Assembly (NCBI GenBank): GCA_950097015.1
Contig: CATNEN010000001.1
Location: 682,001 to 746,000, forward strand
Reading direction: 5' to 3'
Source of the DNA: Macrostomum hystrix
Lineage: Eukaryota; Animalia; Platyhelminthes
Length of the DNA stretch: 64,000 nucleotides
Under the pieces are notes generated by a model that searched no databases, was not told where the DNA came from, and was given only the letters and a program-made list of their open reading frames with translations. The translations under genes were made by a program, and so were the position numbers. Shown one piece after another: positions 11,968 through 23,900 of the stretch. Within the stretch, counting starts at the first letter, position 1, and each line of letters starts with the position of its first letter.

Positions 11968-12356
11968 GTCAGGGTGTCCATAGTGGCCTATTTCCACCTG
12001 TTGTAGTCCTTGAAGGTCCAGCAAATCCGTCTATATAAAGTTAGGTGACCACCGAAAACGGAGATGATGCAGGCACATTCGGGTGATATGCTAAAAAGTT
12101 TGGAAGGCCTGGCAAGGCGGCACTGAGGCGCAGTGCTAATTCGTGTATAGGGGTGTATGAAATACACTAGCTCTTATGGGAAAAATCCGAACTTCGGCCA
12201 GAACCATTGAATATCTCGACGTTCTGCAGAGCTGGCGACTTGATTGTTGTTTCAGAAGAATAGTCCGTGTTCTTGAGTTTATGTGCTTTCGTTGCTCTGT
12301 TTGGGTGCAGCACAAAAATTGTCAAGGGGAATGCCCCTTGGTAGCTTTACTGTTAC
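11968..12356 (+). repeat. Dispersed ~390-bp hairpin-rich repeat, copy 1 (downstream of the CEP170-like stop)
   Basis: Aligns by eye, with many substitutions, to the reverse complement of 18471-18872. Confidence 0.85.
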
Positions 12357-14101
12357 GAGTCAAAGTCTCCTGAAATTGCACTAGATTTAAAAGTTTTTTG
12401 TTGCCCAACAATGGATTTTAAATTTGTAAGAAATCTCTTGTCTTGACTATGTAAAATGCAATTTATCCTATTGCAGCTTGAGTAGCCAGTAGGCGTGTTT
12501 TGTTGTTACTTATGTATTTATTACTAGAATTATTTCGTTAAGCTGGTCTGATTGAACCGCGTGTGTATTTGTCAGTTTGTCATTTTTAATGACATTATCT
12601 TAAGGTACGCAAAATTTTGTATGCTTGTCTTTCATAATTTGCCGGTTTAAATTTTGGTCTTATGAGCATCACTGACTACTCATACGATCTCTGACTGCCT
12701 TTGATGTGAGTTTTTATTGTTTAGGACTGGACTGGACGTGTCGTTAGTTTCAAACAGGCTCCGATTAGCGGAATTCCTAAAATAATTTACTTGTTATTAA
12801 AGAACAGTTTTTTAGCTAAATTACATTTACAAAAACAGAATTTCCATCCATACCGGCTACTCATTTACTGAACCCTAAACCACCATTAGAAACCCTAAAA
12901 ACTCTTAGGTTTTTCAGTACTTTTGCTACATGTATTTCGATACATATCGGCTAGTTCTCTAAGCTTCAGTATTCTAGATTTCTAGTGATCAATACTTACC
13001 TTGACAGAAAGTATTTCAAAACATATAGGCAAGATACTGACGCTCCCGTCAGATAAGCTAATTATTGTGCACTTTGCTGTTGCTTAATAGTGGCTTTTTA
13101 GTAAAAATAGTGAATATTTTTGTTTTGGTTGTCACGCAGCTAATGTTATGCTTCTTTTTGACAAAGAAGTTGGAAATTTTGTGCTACGCTACAAAAAATA
13201 ACAGTAATGTGCGATCATGTGCTGACATTATTTGGTGAGTAGTATATCCGCTCATTTTCTTATCTTATCCTACAAGGCATCTAGGCGTATTATTCGTGTT
13301 CTACGTGTAGCGGTTTGTTTTTGGTTTGTAATTTACCAAAATGCTTTGGTACCAAATGTAATAGTTTGACAAACAGCTTGAATTTTACCCGTATTATATT
13401 TACTCTGAAGCTCTTCCCTTTTATTTTCACTCGTAAATGATAAATAAAAAAATTGTATAGAAGTTTCGGCTACGAGTTTGAAAATGTAGTATTTTGCCAT
13501 TTCGCTACTTTAAGTAGTGTGAACTGTACTTTTTTGTCTTTTCTGTCGTGTCTGAGTCTTGGATGTCACGGAGCATTTTTGAAATTTATGGTGTACAGTA
13601 TGTATGTCGACCAGATTATTCAGAAGGGCTAAATAATTTCTAAATTGTGCTCATTTCTTATTGTTTTTTTACTGCTTTAGTGTGCACTTTATTGTTAAGA
13701 ATTGAGAGCATGGTGAGTTGGTTCACATTTGTATAAACCTCTAAGCTTTATTTAGTATATTGACTATCCAGTTAATTAAGTTATCCTTGATTTCTTAACA
13801 AATTTTATGTCGATTAAAATGATTATGTTACCTCTTAAAGTTACAACTTATATAAAAATCAGTCTGTGATACTGACTATCCCTTACAATATTGTTATATT
13901 TTGTGATCTATCAATGCTCGCCTAAATAAAATAAATGGATACTTGTGCAAATCGCTTTCGCAAATTCGCGCTCAGATTCTCTCTGTGCAAATTTAGCGCC
14001 TGAGTATTAGTTGGCTAATACTTTCACTGACCTTTAACTTTGATTTTAATTATTCGTTCTTTAACTACTTACTTTGACTAAGCAAAATTTCTTCGAAAAA
14101 G

Positions 14102-14515
14102 ACCCTGCTCCAGCCTCACCACCCCACTCCGCGCTTTGATTTCCTGCCCCAGCCCCACCACCTCACTCCGCGCTTTGATACCCTGCCCCATGCCCACCAC
14201 CCCACTCCGCGCTTTGGTGCCCTGCCCCAGCCTCACCACCCACTCCGCGCTTTGATGCCCTGCCCTGTCCCAGCCACACCACCCCACTCCGCGCTTTGAT
14301 GCCCTGCCCCAGCCCCACCACCCCACTCCGCGCTTTGGTGCCCTGCCCCAGCCTCACCACCCCACTCCGCGCTTTGATGCCCTGCCCTGTCCCAGCCACA
14401 CCACCCCACTCCGCGCTTTGATGCCCTGCCCCAGCCCCACCACCCCACTCCGCGCTTTGATGCTCTGCCCCAGCAGGCCACTGCACTCCGCGCCTGCCCC
14501 AGCCCCACCACCCCA
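14102..14515. repeat. GC-rich minisatellite, ~39-44-bp unit
   Basis: CCCTGCCCCAGCCCCACCACCCCACTCCGCGCTTTGATG in tandem, between the convergent gene ends. Confidence 0.92.
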
Positions 14516-14987
14516 ATCGGCACCGTTAACCCATGCCTAGGCCAGTAACTAAATATTCCCGTATTTATGAAAAAGAAATGAAACGAATTCCTAAGTTTTG
14601 ATTTTTGTAACACAATACAATGAGCGCGCACAATACAAGATGCTGACTTGCGATGTGTCATGTGTATATACGAGCGTATATTCAAATGAACAAATTGAAA
14701 CTACGAAGATATAATTATGAATGAATAGTGTTCGTGCACACAAGATTTAGTTTTTATATTTACTTGTATCTGAGCCTTTACGCGAATAATTCACCTTTCA
14801 CCTTTAACTGTAACTGAAGGCTTGACTTGAACTAAAAGTAACATGATGCGGAACACAAAACGACAGAAAATGCGCACAGACTAAGCACTGATTGAACAAT
14901 AAGATAATAAAAAGTGTACAAACACGAAACCACAACTCAACATCGATTTGATTACACGACAGTGTCTCATAACCCGTGTGTCATAAC

Positions 14988-17900
14988 TCAAACTTCTGTG
15001 TTGTGCTGCATCTCCAGGGTGTCCATCTGTTTGAGTATGAAGCTCACAGTCTGCTGTCTCATGCTGGACATCTCGCCTCGCAGACGCTCAATCACCTCCA
15101 GCTGAGTTTGCAGCTGTTGGCGGAGCGCCTCAGCTTCATCCCGCAGCTGCTTGTTCTCCTGTCAATTTTTTTAGTTGTCTTTCGTTTCAAATATCTGAGC
15201 GGGAGAAACATTTTGGGCATGAAAACAGAATCCTTATTCTTCAAGCTCAATGCGTACCTTTATTTATGTTTATGTTCCTTCAGGCCCCTGGCCCTGGATC
15301 CTTCAGGTCCCTTATCGTTCAGGTCCCTTAACCTTCAGGCCCCTTATCCTTCAGGCTACTCTTTATTCTTCAAGCTCAACACATACCTTATCCATCAGGC
15401 CCCTTAACCTTTACGCTGCTGCCCCTCATTATCCATCAGGCTACTCTTTATCCCCTAAGGCTCCTGCATATCCGCATATCCTTCAGGCTTCTCTTTATCC
15501 TTCAGGCCCCTTATCCTTCAGGCTCCTATTTATCCTTCAGGCTCCTATTTATCCTTCAGGCTCCTATTTATCCTTCAGGCTCCTATTTATCCTTCAGGCC
15601 CCTGATCCTTCAGGCCCCTGATCCTTCAGGCCCCTGATCCTTCGGGCCCCTTATACTTCACGCTACTCATTATCTCTTCAGGCAAACATTTTTCTTCAGG
15701 CTCCTATTTATCTTTCAGGCTACTCTTGATCCTTCAGGCCCCTCATTATCCTTCAGGCTCCTATTTATCCTTCAGGCTCCTATTTATCCTTCAGGCTCCT
15801 CTTTATCCTTCAGGCTCCTATTTATCCTTCAGGCTCCTATTTATCCTTCAGGCTCCTATTTATCCTTCAGGCTCCTATTTATCCTTCAGGCTCCTATTTA
15901 TCCTTCAGGCTCCTATTTATCCTTCAGGCTCCTATTTATCCTTCAGGCTACTCTTGATCCTTCAGGCCCCTCATTATCCTTCAGGCTCCTATTTATCCTT
16001 CAGGCTCCTATTTATCCTTCAGGATCCTATTTATACTTCAGGCTCCTATTTATCCTTCAGGCTCCTATTTATCCTTCAGGCTCCTATTTATCCTTCAGGC
16101 TCCTATTTATCCTTCAGGCTCCTATTTATCCTTCAGGCTCCTATTTATCCTTCAGGCTCCTATTTATCCTTCAGGCTCCTATTTATCCTTCAGGCTCCTA
16201 TCTATCCTTCAGGCTCCTATTTATCCTTCAGGCTCCTATTTATCCTTCAGGCTCCTATTTATCCTTCAGGCTCCTATTTATCCTTCAGGCTCCTATCTAT
16301 CCTTCAGGCTCCTGCTCATCCTTCAGTATCCTGCTCATCCTTCAGTATCCTGCTCATCCTTCAGTATCCTGCTCATCCTTCAGTATCCTGCTCATCCTTC
16401 AGTATCCTGCTCATCCTTCAGTATCATGCTCATCCTTCAGTATCATGCTCATCCTTCAGTATCATGCTCATCCTTCAGGCTCCTATTTATCCTTCAGGCT
16501 CCTATTTATACTTCAGGCTCCTATTTATCCTTCAGGCTCCTATTTATCCCTCAGGCTCCTGCTCATCCTTCAGTATCATGCTCATCCTTCAGGCTCCTAT
16601 TTATCCTTCAGGCTAGTCATTTTCCTTCAAGCTACTTCCTATCCTTCAAGCTTAGCTCCGCATCCAGCAGACAGATTAGGATTATGCATACTTTCCCCCA
16701 GCTTAGAATAGTCCCCAAACAGGCTGGAGAAATAAGAGTGCATCACATTTCTAAACTAATTGGCGCCTAATTGGAGAGGCGAAAAATGATGAGTAAATAA
16801 AAGACGATTACAGATTTAGCAACGCCCCACCCGTATCTCTTCTAAAAAGAAGGATTGATAAATATACTTGAAGTATTGATTTTGTTCTTTCTTTAGTTTT
16901 CCGATGCATCATTAACAGTTGAAAGGCATAACCACACTACACTGTGGCTCTAAAAATTGCCTACTCGAGCATGAGATAGGTAAAAATCATTTATCCTGCC
17001 CAATTTTTATTTGCAGTTTGAGCATCAGGGTTGAAAATCTGCAGACTATTAATAAAAGCCTCGCAAGGTTATCTGATAGCTAGACAGCAGATTTTCTAGA
17101 TAGACTCGTAACAGATATAACCTGAACATATCCGAGAGTACATTGATTTGTAAATATACTTTATCGATTGTGTATCAGCGAACGCTTTACTCTGCCGATT
17201 GATCAGCTTTTTTATTACCATTCTAAATTTGTTTTCAAACTAAATTATCATGTAAATTATTCATGCACAGAACATGTTGGAATGCAGCAAAATTTGAATA
17301 ACGGAAAGAGATGTGAAAAAAAACTAATTTACAAATTTAAATATGAACAAATCGACAGATAGACAGGCTGATAGATTGAGAGATCGATAGATTGATAGAG
17401 GGACAGATAGATAGATAGATATAATGACAGATCGAAAGATCGATAGATTTATAGATGTATAGATTGATATATTGATAGATAGATAGATTAATGGATTGAT
17501 AGATCGATATAAAGATAGATGTATTGATAGATTGATAGATTGATAGACCGATAAATTTATCGTTTAAAAATATTGATGGGTTGATAGATTGATAGATTGA
17601 TGGATCGATAGATTGATGGATTGATAGATAAATATAGATTGATAGATCGATAGATTGATAGCCTGATAGATTGACGTATTGATAGATTGATAGGTTGCTA
17701 GGCTGATCGATTGCTAGCTACGTATATTGACGGGTGAACATACGGGGCAGCCTGTCTCATATGCGCAAACATACACAAGCCAAGCGCTCACAACCCACCA
17801 TCTGGAGTCTCGCCGCCGAGTCGTCGGCAGTCGCGCCCTCATCCGGCGTTGTCAGCAGCGACATTGGCGAGTCGTCAGCTCTGGCGACGCAGTGGCAGCT

Positions 17901-20900
17901 GCCGCAGACATCGGTTTGAATTCCGCGATCAAGCACTGTTGCAGCAGCTGTCATTGGAGACACCGGAGACACTGACCTCTGCTGCTGGTGATGATGCTGA
18001 TGTTTTTGCGACTGCTGCTGCTGCTGGGCTTGTTGAAATGCTCGGCGAGAACGACCGCTGTTGTCGCGGCTGTTGGCGCGCAGACTCCCGGTGCCGCAGG
18101 TTCCAGTTGCGGCTCCTGCTGCTCCGGTCCCAGAGCCTGCGGTGGCTGCACTCGGAACGCCAGCGCTCGGCGGTGTCACTGAAGTAGCGTTCGAACCTTC
18201 GAAAGTTTTTGAGAATCGATTGAGTGCTTTCCGATGGGTAGCAGACAGTTCTGTTCAGTCCATGGACTCGGGGGACGCCACACCCACCCTCAATTACCCC
18301 AGCTAATGCTGGTACCCATTTAACAGCTGGCTGAAATAAACCAATGAAGATTTAAAATGTCTAGATAATGGACACAGATTGTTACTCTAGTGGATTCGGG
18401 AATCGAACCCCCGACCTTCAAGTCGTGAGTCCGATGCTCCTGTATGCTACAAATTAAAGATAGAAAACCTTTAACAGTAGAACTACCAAAGGGGGATTCC
18501 CCTTTATTATTTTTTTCTGCACCCGAACGGAGCAACGCAAGCACACGACACTCAAGAACACGGGTCAACTTTTGGTTAAACATCTTGTGAAACAAGAATC
18601 AAGTCACCAGATCTTCAGACCGTCGAGATATTCAATTATTCTGGCCGAAGGTCAGATTTTTCACATAAGCGCTAGTGTATTTCATACACCCCGATACACG
18701 AATTAGCACTGCGCCTCAGTACAGCCTTGCCAGGCCTTCAGAATGTATCAGCATGTCACCCGAATGTGCCTGCATCATTTCCGTCTTCGGTGGTCACCTA
18801 CCTTAATCTAGACGGATTTGCTGGACCTTCAAGGGCTACAACAGGTACAACTAGGACACTATGGACAACCTGCACTAAAAATTTTAACACACCTAATTCT
18901 GGTACCAATTTTACAGATGCATGAATTGACGCACTCAGGGATTCGAGGGATTCGAGTGTCTCGCTCAAGGACACAGGCAGCTTCGTTTGTTTTCTTCGAC
19001 AGGATTCGAAGTCTTGACCCTGCCAAACTTTCTGGCGCAGATTGATCATAAATATTCAAATAAGGATCTACCTCCAGCGCTATCGGCAGCTCCACCAGTG
19101 GCACCGCTTCGAGATGTACTTCCGCCACCGCCGCCGCCGCCACCGCCGCCACCGTGATGGCCTGACGGTGCCCTAGTCCGGCATTCCATGACCACGGTGT
19201 CCTTGCAGTGCTTGTGCACGTTGATTCCGCAGCCGCGGCATTTCCAGCCTTGCTTGATGAGGCCCCACAGCAAGCCGGTGCACCTGTCGCAGAAGGTCGG
19301 CTTGAAGTACGACGTCTCGTGGAAGTCGTGCTTGAAGCTGCTTTTCAGGGCGTGCGAATTAGCCCGAATGAAATAGTCGTTGAGCTCCGTCTTGGAGATC
19401 ATTCCGTCGCTGTTGACGTTGAAATTAAAGAAAATATTGTGCGGAAGTCAGGGATTATTGTGCGGAAGTCGGATAACTTTATAATCTTTTTTGCAGAAGG
19501 GCATTGTACACATGCGCATCAGTTGGTGACACTAGACCCGCAGCCAGCGAGGAGGCAATTCTGCCCATTCCGCTGACTTCTGAGCACACACTGATTTTGA
19601 CATCTGCCCATGCAGACTTCCTCATCGTCAGGCAGTGTGCACTCTCACCGTGCCTTGGAGGTTGGCCATCAAAGGTGCAAATTGCACGAGAAGTACCTCC
19701 CCTAGACTTCTCACCGTGACTTCGCACCAAATGAACGACTCCTGAAACCGCTGGTCTAATCTATATTTTTATAGTTTGTCGATTATCTGCAAATTACTGT
19801 AGAAAATAATACCTTTATACTCGTAGGTAATAATGACATAAAATTTGCATCTGTTTCACAAATATATTTCGAATATTTTCTACGAATTTACTGTACAGTA
19901 GTTAAATTACAGTAAATTACAGTTCTATTTATATCGATGTACAAAAATAAGTATTTTTAACAATCGATGCAGTGGTTGCTACGTCAACAAACACAACTTA
20001 ATTAAGGATCTACTCCCAAAACATGATTGCGCCCTCGAAATGGCTACGCCTGTTTTGCTACGATCTAATAATACGCGTACGATTTTTTCAATATTCGTCT
20101 TCGCCAAATCCCTGGAAATCGAGGTGAAAATTACAGGATTTAAGCTTGGCTTCCTTACTTGTCGGCGTCTAGCACGGCGAATGAATCAATGAAGGGGAAA
20201 TTCTCCGCGATTTCTTCGAATTCCTTCTCCGAAATAAAGTCATCCCGGTCGTGGTCGTAGACTTTGAATACAGCCTGAGAGGAATTTTGGCCGGATGTTT
20301 TTGTCCGAGTTTCTGGGTCTTGAGAACACTGCTTTTTGCGCTACTAAATTACTAAGATTTAATCAAATTTTGTTCTTACCCTCACATCCACGCCAGATAA
20401 AGTCTGACCCTCACATTCACCACACTCCGCCAGATAAAGTCTGACCCTCACATTCACCCCACTCCGCCAGATAAAGGCTGACCCTCACATTCACCACACT
20501 CCGCCAGATAAAGTCTGACCCTCACATTCACCCCACTCCGCCAGATAAAGGCTGTCCCTCACATTCACCCCACTCCGCCAGATAAAGGCTGTCCCTCACA
20601 TTCACCCCACTCCGCCAGATAAAGTCTGACCCTCACATTCACCCCACTCCGCCAGCCAGATAAAGGCTGACCCTCACATTCACCCCACTTCGCCAGATAA
20701 AATCTGACCCTCACAACCACCCCACTCCGCCAGCCAGATAAAGTCTGACCCTCACAACCACCCCACTCCGCCAGATAAATGCTGACCCTCACAACCACCC
20801 CACTCCGCCAGCCAGATAAAGTCTGACCCTCACAACCACCCCACTCCGCCAGCTAGATAAAGTCTGACCCTCACAACCACCCCACTCCGCCAGCCAGATA

Positions 20901-23900
20901 AATGCTGACCCTCACATTCACCCCACTCTGCCAGATAAAGGCTGTCCCTCACAACCGCCCCACTCCGCTGGATAAGATCGAACTTTCGCATCCACTTCAC
21001 TCCGTATACATAAATGAAACCTCAAGCATCTGCAAAGTCTCACTCACCTCCACCATATCGCAGATGTGTCGCCTCAGGGTCTCTGGATGTGGAGGCTTTG
21101 ATCCGGACACCCACTGTGCAAATACTACCGGCTTGGTGGGCGTTGTAGGCTGAAATGGAAAAAATTGTCAGAGATCATCAACAAAGTGAAAGGTATATTA
21201 AATGACTGAAGAGAAAAAACTCACAGATAATAGACTTCGCGGTTCTCTCAAAAGCGACACTTCGTAGATGTCGTCTTCAGTGTAGTGACAATCAAGAGAC
21301 AGCTGAATGACAATTAGCAATTAGGTATTAAATTGTTGTCAGAGGCAACTATTAATTATTATCACAGAGCCAAATATTCTCTATTCTTGAAAATAAAATC
21401 TTACGCGCAGAGTGTTGCACAAGTCCTGATTTTCTTCAACCGGCAATGGCAGACGTTGAGCGGTGCGTAGTAGGGCCACTGTGTGCCCCAGTTGGGTCAC
21501 CTTGCGCCAGTTGATAATGTGGCTGTTGTCGCCAATTGTGTCAGGTATCGCTACACTCATTTGAATTAAATCTTTCAGATGAACCGCCCTGTTTCAAAAT
21601 GAAATAATGCTAATTATGTATCATATAATCCATCTAAAATGTACTTTTATCTTCTGACCTACTTTCACTACTCACAGAATCGGTATTTTAAAGTCCTGCG
21701 TCGCCTCCGAGTATTCCTTGCGATAGGTGTGAAAGTTATTGGACGAAGAAAGTAGTTCAACAAAGTCAATCAGAATCTGAAAATGTTCAAGGCCCGATGT
21801 TTGAGTACACTCAAAGTCTTGAACCAAAGTCTTTAAACGAAAAGACAGGAACTTACCTTTTGTGACCTCTGTGACAGGCAGGCATGGGTCTTGCTTAGCC
21901 GAGCGATTGAACTGTGTGTCAGGCCACCGATCACAGCCATCAAGGTGTTGTAGTTGTGGATTCTGTGCAGCTCCTGGCAAATGTGAAGTTAAAAAAGTAC
22001 AATTTAGAGATTCTAGAATAGATCTAGTTATTCTCTACGACAAAAAATTTGAGACAATCTTGAAGCACGCGCTGCACGCCTGCTCTACAAATGACCTTGA
22101 AACACGCGCTTTATGCATGTTGACCAGCGCTAGAAGTCGAATGACCTTAAACCATGCGCTGCGTGCGTGGTACATGATTAAATAATTTTATTGACCTTGA
22201 ATTATTCACTGTGTGTGATAAATAATTTACGAAGTTGAATGACCATGAATCAGGCGCTGCAACCGTGGTAAATAGAATTAGGAAGTCAAGCTGTCGGATT
22301 TTCTTCCTGAAGATTTTAATAATCGTCTTGAATCATGCAATGAGTAAATAATCAATTGAGTTTTTACAGAGTAAGTGAGCAAGTATTTTTTTATAAAAAC
22401 GTTCTTTTAAGAAAACAAAACTAATGATGTAACAAACCTCTGCCACTTCAAGAAACTTGGCCACAACTCGCGCTCTCTCAGCTGGCGTCGCCTTGCTGAG
22501 GATCATACACTGGACCCACTGCGACAGGCCGTTGAATAATGAAACCGATCTCTCCAAGCTGGGACTGCTGCGGAGATTCTCGCCTGTTGAGTAGCGCTTC
22601 AGATCAATCAGCTGAGTAGCGGAGCAAAAGCGTTTGAATATTTAAGCTTTCAACGATTTCACATTTCGCGCCTATGAGACACGCATTTCTCCCGTATCGC
22701 GCAGCTTCTCCCAGATAAGTTGTAAACCATCCACCTCACTCCGCCCGCCTAGGCTTTTAAACACCCACCTCACTCCGCCCGTCTAGTTTTTTAACCACCC
22801 ACCTCACTCCACCCGCCTAGGCTTTCAACTACCCACCTCCCACCGCCTCAAAAACGCTGCTCTGCCCTCCGCCAATCCGCCCTCCCTCCCACTGCATCTC
22901 AATATTCAATATTTGTACGAGCTGTGTTCATAGGAACCGCAAAGAATATTTATAGCCACTATTGAAGTCATCTCACTCTGATTCGACTGAAAGCCTTGAA
23001 CTCCAGTACAGTCAGCTGTGCAGCTAGCTGCTCGGCTTCAAGCTGATGAAACACCAGCGAGTTCACAGCCGCCCCGGCCGGCTTCGCCTTTTTCAACGAG
23101 TCCAAACGCAGCCACTGCCGTCGAGAACTGAAAATAAGAAACACCGAAATGGACACTAACGCTTCAAAGGTTTTAACTTCCGCTACTAAAAAGGCAGGTC
23201 GGAAAGTAAACCAGCTAATTTGAGACTGGGACTCACGTGTCTCCTAGACTCATCGCTGAGGCAGCCTCATCGTCCAGATCTCTGGCGTTGACTCGCTCAA
23301 AAAACGACTCCACCAATTGGGCCAAAGACTTATTAGCCTCGAATGCTTCGGGATATTTGTTGATCCAGAATCTTTGAAAAGTAATCATTGTTGGATACGT
23401 GGGAGTTAAATGCTTTGTACACAACGATTTTTGATAATATAAACAACCTTAGTCACCTAGTTCAATAGCCTGTATGCACAGCCATCTCACTCCTTCACAC
23501 TCGAAGCTCTCTAGACACCCACCTCACTCCTTCACACCCGGAGATCTCTAGACACCCACCTCACTCCTTCAGACCCAGAGATCTCTAGACACTCACCTCA
23601 CTCCTTCACACCCGCAGATCTCTAGACACCCACCTCACTCCTTCACACCCGCAGATCTCTAGACACCCACCTCACTCCTTCACACCCGCAGATCTCTAGA
23701 CACCCACCTCACTCCTTCACACCCGAAGATCTCTAGACACTCACCTCACTCCTTCACACCCGGAGATCTCTAGACACCCACCTCACTCCTTCAAATCGAA
23801 GCTCGCTGGACACCCACCTCTCTCCTTCACACTAGAATCCTCTCGACACACTCTCTAAGCAGCTCTCTGCATCAAGGAAGCCTTTTGAGCCTTCATTTCC

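Noticed and set aside
15726-16616. 296-aa ORF and neighbours
   Set aside because: 19-bp repeat, antisense within the last RasGRP intron.
18385-18441. tRNA gene
   Set aside because: Only anticodon/T-arm-like parts are present, with no acceptor stem, followed by a CORE-like body; this is a SINE head. The same applies to the heads at 7286, 27990, 51550 and 57845 and the B-box at ~46545.
19046-19071. RasGRP ending at EYL* or selenocysteine read-through
   Set aside because: A donor at 19072/19071 splices in phase to the exon at 18250, so this TGA is intronic.
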